Positions 18,643 to 24,172 of a stretch of DNA of 24,172 nucleotides are shown in pieces. The position numbers were made by a program, and so were the translations under genes. The notes under the pieces were generated by a model, which was not told the DNA's origin, made no database searches, and worked only from the letters and a program-made list of their open reading frames with translations. Position 1 is the first letter of the stretch. Every line of letters starts with the position of its first letter. Where the stretch lies: assembly GCA_035345875.1 (NCBI GenBank), contig DAORDH010000042.1, forward strand, positions 23,023 to 47,194, in the 5' to 3' direction. The stretch is from Leptospiraceae bacterium. GTDB taxonomy: Bacteria; Spirochaetota; Leptospiria; Leptospirales; Leptospiraceae.

Positions 18643-19014
18643 CTAAGCATCTCCCAGTTGTTTTAACAATTCTAGCATTTCTGCATTTTTAAATGGTTTC
18701 ACCATCCAAGCAGATGCTCCTGCATCTTCCCCTTTCTTTCTAATTTCAGCACTCGATTCAGTTGTTAAAATGACTATTTTCATATCTTTTCCATTGGGAT
18801 GATTTAAGACCAATGGGATCAATTCAATTCCAGTCTTACCTGGCATGTTTACATCGAAAATTCCAAAATCAAATTTCTCAGCTTCCACTTTTTTTAATGC
18901 TTCATCCGCATTCGAAGCTCGAACGATATCATAGTCCTCTAAACTAAGTGCAGTTTCAATAATGTTTAAAACCATTGGAGAATCATCGACAATGAGTATT
19001 TTCTTCATAAACAA
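18643..19014 (-). CDS. cheY: single-domain CheY-like response regulator
   Basis: 123 aa with ILIVDDSPMV, a phospho-acceptor Asp in FDVNMPGKTG, T in ILTTES and K in MVKPF. Last gene of the chemotaxis operon. Confidence 0.85.
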   Translation of the reverse strand: MFMKKILIVDDSPMVLNIIETALSLEDYDIVRASNADEALKKVEAEKFDFGIFDVNMPGKTGIELIPLVLNHPNGKDMKIVILTTESSAEIRKKGEDAGASAWMVKPFKNAEMLELLKQLGDA

Positions 19015-19070
19015 TCCTTATTAAATAACATTTTAACTTTTTTCTATTAGTTCCATTTCAGAAAAAATAT

Positions 19071-20318
19071 TTATATAATTGGAAACCGAATCCAGACACA
19101 AACATCTTTCATATTTCCTTCTTTTCGCATATTATTATCTGTTGTATAAAATGCAATATTTCCTCTGTGCAAGTCAATAATCTTATTAACAACCGTTAGT
19201 CCCAAACCGAAGCGAAATGTCTCCTGCATAAATCTATCGTCAACAACGTTTGTCAATCTAAAAAAAGGCTCAAAGATTTTATGTGCATTACTCTCAGTAA
19301 TACCGATAGTTCCATCTGAATTTTTGTAGGCAGGATTTAAGATTCGAATCCCAATATCAGATTTATCATGCGAAAAAAGAATGTAGATTGTGTCACCATC
19401 TTCTGAATATTTGATAGCATTTGTAATTAATTCTTCAAATACTAATTTGACATTTGGAAGATCTGCTATTATTTTATGTGTGACTAAATCTCTTGGAAAA
19501 TCACCCATTACTATTTTTTGTTTTTTGATAGCTGCGACATTTTTCATGTCCTTTACAATGCTTACTAATGTAGTATAAAAATCTTTTAATACTACTTCTT
19601 TTGTATAATAATTCTTTTCGGATAAAATAGATTGAGTCTTGGTTAAACTATCGCTTAATTTTAATATTTCTTCGTAATTATCTTTTAATAGATGATAGAC
19701 TTTCTCATGAACGAGATACATTTTTTTTTCTTCATCTAACTTGGCTTTTGCAAACATAATACTGAGAGTGCTTATCAAAGATCCCAATCCACTACCGTGA
19801 AAAAAGCTTATATTGATTTGATGAATTAATTCATTTGCTAAAGACTCAACTTTCCTAGTGTCTAATTCCTTTCGCCAATCGAAAACTTTTATCATGGACT
19901 CGAAGACTTGTTTTTCATTCGATTTGAAGTCTGAAATCTTTGACATGACTCTTCCATAAGTCATTGCTTTGGAAAGAGTAAAGAGTAGTTTTATTTTATA
20001 AATTGGATACCCAATTAAATCATAAACATGGTAATTTTCTACCATAGTTAAAAACTCATCACTATTCTCTCGATCTACAATTAAAATTACCAATTGAAAT
20101 GGAAAATCCGAAAGTAAGTCGGCTAAGTCATTCTGATTTTCTTTGGATGAATCTAAAAAGTCATATAAAAGTAGAGATGTTTCACTTTCTCCTAAATGAC
20201 TTCTCAATTTATCAACGTTATCTGTCACAGTAAGAATATACAATGATTCACTTATAAATTTCTTTACATCTGCGATTAACGCTTTATTCTTTGAATAGAG
20301 TATCAGTTTATCAGACAT
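19071..20318 (-). CDS. signal-transduction protein with a degenerate N-terminal receiver-like domain and a C-terminal GHKL (HATPase_c) ATPase domain
   Basis: 415 aa. The C-terminus has N-box EELITNAIKYS, G1 (IRILNPAYK..DG) and G2 (GLGLTVVNKI) motifs. The N-terminal ~120 aa is CheY-sized but lacks the DD/D/T/K receiver signature. I see no clear H-box. Start overlaps the cheB stop by 8 nt. Confidence 0.55.
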   Translation of the reverse strand: MSDKLILYSKNKALIADVKKFISESLYILTVTDNVDKLRSHLGESETSLLLYDFLDSSKENQNDLADLLSDFPFQLVILIVDRENSDEFLTMVENYHVYDLIGYPIYKIKLLFTLSKAMTYGRVMSKISDFKSNEKQVFESMIKVFDWRKELDTRKVESLANELIHQINISFFHGSGLGSLISTLSIMFAKAKLDEEKKMYLVHEKVYHLLKDNYEEILKLSDSLTKTQSILSEKNYYTKEVVLKDFYTTLVSIVKDMKNVAAIKKQKIVMGDFPRDLVTHKIIADLPNVKLVFEELITNAIKYSEDGDTIYILFSHDKSDIGIRILNPAYKNSDGTIGITESNAHKIFEPFFRLTNVVDDRFMQETFRFGLGLTVVNKIIDLHRGNIAFYTTDNNMRKEGNMKDVCVWIRFPII

Positions 20319-21390
20319 AGGATCCAGTATAATTCAAATATGTTTTTAATTTGGGAACCATCTGAGAAAGAGCTAATTGCTCTTCTACAGCACCTATATC
20401 ATAGGCAGCTTTCGGCATTCCATATATCAAACAAGAATGCTCTGACTCACCAAGTGTCCTTGAACCTGCATCTCTCATTGCAAGTAGTCCTTTTGCCCCA
20501 TCTGCTCCCATTCCCGTCAGTATAACACCGATTGTCTCAGGTGCAAGTTTATTCTCTACAATGGAATAAAATAGAACATCCACAGAGGGACGATGACCAT
20601 TTACTTTATCAGATCGTGTGAGACCAACTGTATGATTGATACCATTTCTTTTGTTTACTACTAAATGATAATCGCCTGGAGCTACATAGATTCTTCCAGG
20701 TTGAATTGGATCTTGGTCTTTTGCCTCTCTCACATCCAATCCATAATCTTTAGAAACCCCTTTCGCAAAAGTTGCCGTGAATCCAGGAGGCATGTGCTGC
20801 GTAATTACAATACATGGAAAATCCTTTGGAACAGTTGATAGAACTTGTCGTATAGCAGTCACTCCACCAGTCGATGCGCCAATCGCGATTAGATTGTATT
20901 TACTCTTGGGTCTCTTTGCATTGGAAGGTGGTGGAGTTGCTGTCAACGCTTTGTATTTTAGGTGAGTCAACCATCGATTCATATCTACAAAAGCAGCTGC
21001 TTTGATTTTTTGAATTAATTCATCTTGTGTATTTTCTAAAGTGATCGCTCCGCCGTCTGGCTTCGTAACAAAATCAATTGCTCCATTTTGCATAGCTTGA
21101 ATTGCTCTCTCGGAGCCTTCTTCTGTTGTGCTACTTACCATGATCACAGGAATTGGATATTGAGGCATCAGTTTACTTAAAAACTCTACTCCGTCCATTC
21201 TAGGCATTTCTACATCTAGTGTCAAAACATCTGGTTCTACTTCTGGAATAAGTTCACTTGCTTCAAATGGATTGGATGCTTCACCAACCACCTCTAATTG
21301 AGGATCTGTGGCAAGCATCTTCTTGATTACATTTCGAATTACCCTTTGATCATCAACAACGAATACTTTTATCTTACGGTTATTGTCCAT
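20311..21390 (-). CDS. cheB: chemotaxis response-regulator protein-glutamate methylesterase CheB
   Basis: 359 aa. N-terminal REC (VFVVDDQRVIRNVI..LDVEMPRMDG) plus C-terminal methylesterase domain with catalytic motifs (GASTGG, ITQHMP, GMGADG). Confidence 0.92.
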   Translation of the reverse strand: MDNNRKIKVFVVDDQRVIRNVIKKMLATDPQLEVVGEASNPFEASELIPEVEPDVLTLDVEMPRMDGVEFLSKLMPQYPIPVIMVSSTTEEGSERAIQAMQNGAIDFVTKPDGGAITLENTQDELIQKIKAAAFVDMNRWLTHLKYKALTATPPPSNAKRPKSKYNLIAIGASTGGVTAIRQVLSTVPKDFPCIVITQHMPPGFTATFAKGVSKDYGLDVREAKDQDPIQPGRIYVAPGDYHLVVNKRNGINHTVGLTRSDKVNGHRPSVDVLFYSIVENKLAPETIGVILTGMGADGAKGLLAMRDAGSRTLGESEHSCLIYGMPKAAYDIGAVEEQLALSQMVPKLKTYLNYTGSYV

Positions 21391-23209
21391 GTTGAATTTC
21401 TGATTCTTTGTTCTCTCTGTAATAATTATTAATAAAGAATCTAATATCTAATATCATCCCAATATTCCCACTTCCTAAAATCGTGCAACCGGAAAACCCT
21501 TTTGTTCCTTTGAGATAGTCTGGGATTGGCTTAATCACTACAGATTGATTTCCAATAATCCCATCAAACACAAGAGCAAGCGAACTATTTTTATATTCTA
21601 CAATAATAACATAAAGGCATTTATCATAAGAAGCATTATTTGGCTCTAATTCTGGATTTAATAATTTCTCAACGGAAACAACCGGAATCAAATGATCTCT
21701 AAATCGAATCACTCGTTTGTCTTGGTCAACATAATCAATATTTGACTCAGCTAGATTCAAGGTCTCTTTCACATCGATTGTTGGAATAATGTAGAATACT
21801 CCATTATATGTTACCACCATTCCCTCAATAATGGCGATCGTAAGAGGTAATTTCAAAATAAAGGAAGCCCCTTTATCTTTTTGAGTTTTGACTTCTACTT
21901 CTCCATTTATCTTAGCAATATTTCGGCGAACTATATCTAGACCAACGCCACGACCTGATATGTCAGTCACTTTATCACTTGTGGAAAATCCTGGTTGAAA
22001 AATAAAATCCCAGATCTTTTCTTCTTTTAAATTTTCCTCTTCGCCTTCGCGAATTAAGCCACGATTTTTTGCTTTATTTAAAATCTTATCTTTATCAAGT
22101 CCAGCACCGTCATCTGAAATAATGATCCAAACTTCATTTCCGGCATGAATCGCTTCAATCCTTATATTGCCTGATTCTAATTTGCCTTTTGCTAATCTTT
22201 CTTGTCCTGTTTCTAATCCATGATCAATACAGTTTCTAATAATATGCACAAGAGGATCTGTTAGTATCTCTAACGCATTTTTATCTATCTCTGTTTCTTT
22301 ACCTGTCACTTGTAAACTAACTTTCTTCCCAGTCTTTTGCGCTAAATCTCTGACAAGTCTTTCCATTTTATTAAAAAGACCTTCGAGGGTAATCATTCTT
22401 AGCTGCAAAGATATTTCTTGTAAATTTCGAACAACTTTTCTTAAGTAAGAGGATTGAATTGAAAAATTAGGTAGCTCTAAATCTTTAATATCTGGATTTT
22501 GAGTCACTAGGGATTCTGCAATTACCAACTCCCCAATCATATCTAATAAATAATCTAATTTATCTGTTTCAATTCGAATGTCTTTCTTAACGGCAGAAGC
22601 CGTTAGATTTAGACCATTCCCATTTGGTTCTTTGGATGGATTCGTTTTAACTTCCGGATTTTGCTGACTTTCTTTTGGTTTCTCCGGCAAATTATCATTA
22701 ACCGCCACTTCCTCAAGAGATGGCGTTGGAATATTTAAATCTATTTTTTTCTTTTTAAATATTCCAAACCGAGGTTCATCTTCTTTCGGTTGCGTATTTT
22801 CCGGTTTTAAATTTTCTTTTATATAAAAAAGCTTTGGAATTAAAATATCTGCTTTTTCTTTATAACTTTCATCTGTTTTCTTTTCATTTAGATTCGAGAA
22901 TATTTCATAAAGGGTGTCTCGTGTCTCCATAAACAACTGAATCATCTTTTGATTTAAATGTGAGTTATCATTTCTCACAATTTCCAAAAGTGACTCAGCT
23001 GAATGAGCTAACGTTACGATCACGTTAAAATTAAAGAATCCGGCATTTCCTTTGAGTGTATGAAAATACCTAAATAAGGAATTTACTTTATCTGGATCCA
23101 CAGAAGATGTGTTTAAATCTTTTTCTAGCTGAATCAGAATTCCTTCTGCTTTATCTAGAATTTCCTGTGAATCGAGAACGAGATCTGAGAGTTCGTTTTC
23201 CCCTAACAT
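21380..23209 (-). CDS. cheA: chemotaxis histidine kinase CheA (P1-P3-P4-P5; no P2 domain)
   Basis: 609 aa. Hpt with FRYFHTLKGNAGFFNF, a P/K/E-rich low-complexity linker in place of P2, then a dimerisation domain, HATPase (DDGAGLD, GRGVGLDIV) and a C-terminal CheW-like domain. Confidence 0.92.
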   Translation of the reverse strand: MLGENELSDLVLDSQEILDKAEGILIQLEKDLNTSSVDPDKVNSLFRYFHTLKGNAGFFNFNVIVTLAHSAESLLEIVRNDNSHLNQKMIQLFMETRDTLYEIFSNLNEKKTDESYKEKADILIPKLFYIKENLKPENTQPKEDEPRFGIFKKKKIDLNIPTPSLEEVAVNDNLPEKPKESQQNPEVKTNPSKEPNGNGLNLTASAVKKDIRIETDKLDYLLDMIGELVIAESLVTQNPDIKDLELPNFSIQSSYLRKVVRNLQEISLQLRMITLEGLFNKMERLVRDLAQKTGKKVSLQVTGKETEIDKNALEILTDPLVHIIRNCIDHGLETGQERLAKGKLESGNIRIEAIHAGNEVWIIISDDGAGLDKDKILNKAKNRGLIREGEEENLKEEKIWDFIFQPGFSTSDKVTDISGRGVGLDIVRRNIAKINGEVEVKTQKDKGASFILKLPLTIAIIEGMVVTYNGVFYIIPTIDVKETLNLAESNIDYVDQDKRVIRFRDHLIPVVSVEKLLNPELEPNNASYDKCLYVIIVEYKNSSLALVFDGIIGNQSVVIKPIPDYLKGTKGFSGCTILGSGNIGMILDIRFFINNYYRENKESEIQHGQ

Positions 23210-23221
23210 TTTACCCCTATG

Positions 23222-23707
23222 CTATATCTTTACATCTTTCTCATGGATAAACTTATTCAAATTGATTAGAATTTTTAATGTATCTCCAGCCTTTCCAATC
23301 GAATCGATAAATCTTTCCATGTCCGCTTCCTCAAATCCGGGTGAGGGCTCTATCGAATCAGATGGAATTTTCAATACTTCCTTCACTCCATCTACTATCA
23401 ACCCTGCACTTAAATTGTTAAAACTCATGATTAATATACACGTAAACTCTGTATACTCTATCGCAGGCAATCCAAATCGCAACCGAACATCTATCACTGG
23501 AATTATCTTTCCTCTCAGATTGATTACTCCCTTCACATAATTCGGTAGATTCGGAACATATGTTATCGGCTGAAACGCTATGATCTCTATCAGATATCGT
23601 ATCTCTATTCCATATTCTCTTCCATCTATGAAAAAGATGATATACAGATTCTCCATCGTATCACCCGATTCCTCCGTTAGATCTATTTCCGTTGCTGTAT
23701 TTGACAT
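23222..23707 (-). CDS. cheW: chemotaxis coupling protein CheW
   Basis: 161 aa; a single CheW domain (YIIFFIDGREYGIEIRYLIEI...VKGVINLRGKIIPVIDVR). Confidence 0.9.
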   Translation of the reverse strand: MSNTATEIDLTEESGDTMENLYIIFFIDGREYGIEIRYLIEIIAFQPITYVPNLPNYVKGVINLRGKIIPVIDVRLRFGLPAIEYTEFTCILIMSFNNLSAGLIVDGVKEVLKIPSDSIEPSPGFEEADMERFIDSIGKAGDTLKILINLNKFIHEKDVKI

Positions 23708-23715
23708 AGACCCTC

Positions 23716-24172
23716 CTATTTCAAGTCAATCTTCTTCTTCCCTGAGGACGATGATTGTTGCTCTCTCTTCTTATCATCTTTCGACTTCTTAATCGAAAAT
23801 CGCTTCACCATCGTCTGGAAGGCTTCCGCTTGACTTGATAACTCAAGACTTGCAGCTGAACTCTCTTCCGCTGTCGCTGCTGCACTCATCGTCACTTGCG
23901 ATATCTGGTTGATTCCACTCGTCGTCTGCACTACAGAAGAAGACTGTTCTATCGATGCACTTGCAATATCCTTCACTAGTTCGGTTACTTCCACTACTCC
24001 GTTCGTCATCTTGCCTAGCTCGGTTGCTGTTCGATTCGCTATCTCCATCCCAGCTCGAACTGTCTTGATCGATCCTTCTATCATCTTCGTTGTCTCTTTC
24101 GCTGCATTCGCACTTCTAGATGCTAGGTTTCTCACTTCTTCTGCTACTACGTTAAAGCCCTTGCCATGCTGT
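23716..24172 (-). CDS. mcp: methyl-accepting chemotaxis protein, C-terminal signalling domain. The 5' part lies beyond the window end.
   Basis: The frame is open to the window edge. The translation ...QHGKGFNVVAEEVRNLASRSANAAKET...IEQSSSVVQTTSGINQIS is the conserved MCP hairpin tip plus methylation helices. The stop lies 8 nt before the cheW start. Confidence 0.88.
   Translation of the reverse strand, partial: QHGKGFNVVAEEVRNLASRSANAAKETTKMIEGSIKTVRAGMEIANRTATELGKMTNGVVEVTELVKDIASASIEQSSSVVQTTSGINQISQVTMSAAATAEESSAASLELSSQAEAFQTMVKRFSIKKSKDDKKREQQSSSSGKKKIDLK

Noticed and set aside
19071-20318. Calling the 415-aa protein a conventional sensor histidine kinase
   Set aside because: I could identify only the ATP-binding boxes. 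There is no H-box or phospho-acceptor His region, and the N-domain lacks the receiver signature residues. I therefore described it generically.

Overview
AT-rich (~37% GC) bacterial chromosomal window. Gene content and order (split pntAA/pntAB/pntB, rpmH-rnpA-yidD-yidC-jag-mnmE, a compact chemotaxis operon) fit a spirochaete, most likely Leptospira. This placement is inferred from composition and synteny only; no search was run. Plus strand, 5' to 3': a 5'-truncated NHL-repeat protein; a Lys-rich secreted hypothetical; an unusually GC-rich, structured 620-bp intergenic region; the three-gene proton-translocating transhydrogenase; a membrane PilZ-domain protein; the conserved L34/RNase P/YidD/YidC/Jag/MnmE cluster; malic enzyme; clpS; and a beta-hydroxyacid dehydrogenase. 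Minus strand, right to left: a partial MCP, then cheW, cheA (P2-less), cheB, an atypical GHKL-ATPase protein with a degenerate receiver domain, and a CheY-like regulator. These are followed by the most unusual part of the window: an 832-aa ORF whose N-terminal repeats, SPFH-like shoulder region and C-terminal coiled coil match my recollection of eukaryotic major vault protein (MVP). Then, 38 bp downstream, comes a small signal-peptide protein built from six tandem 16-aa Cys/Lys-rich repeats (consensus DCKGIASKDKSWC), and then a MASE1-PAS hybrid histidine kinase. The MVP-like gene, the Cys-repeat protein and the hybrid kinase sit on the same strand with 38- and ~51-bp gaps. They may form a previously uncharacterised vault-like module in a spirochaete, possibly coupled to signalling.
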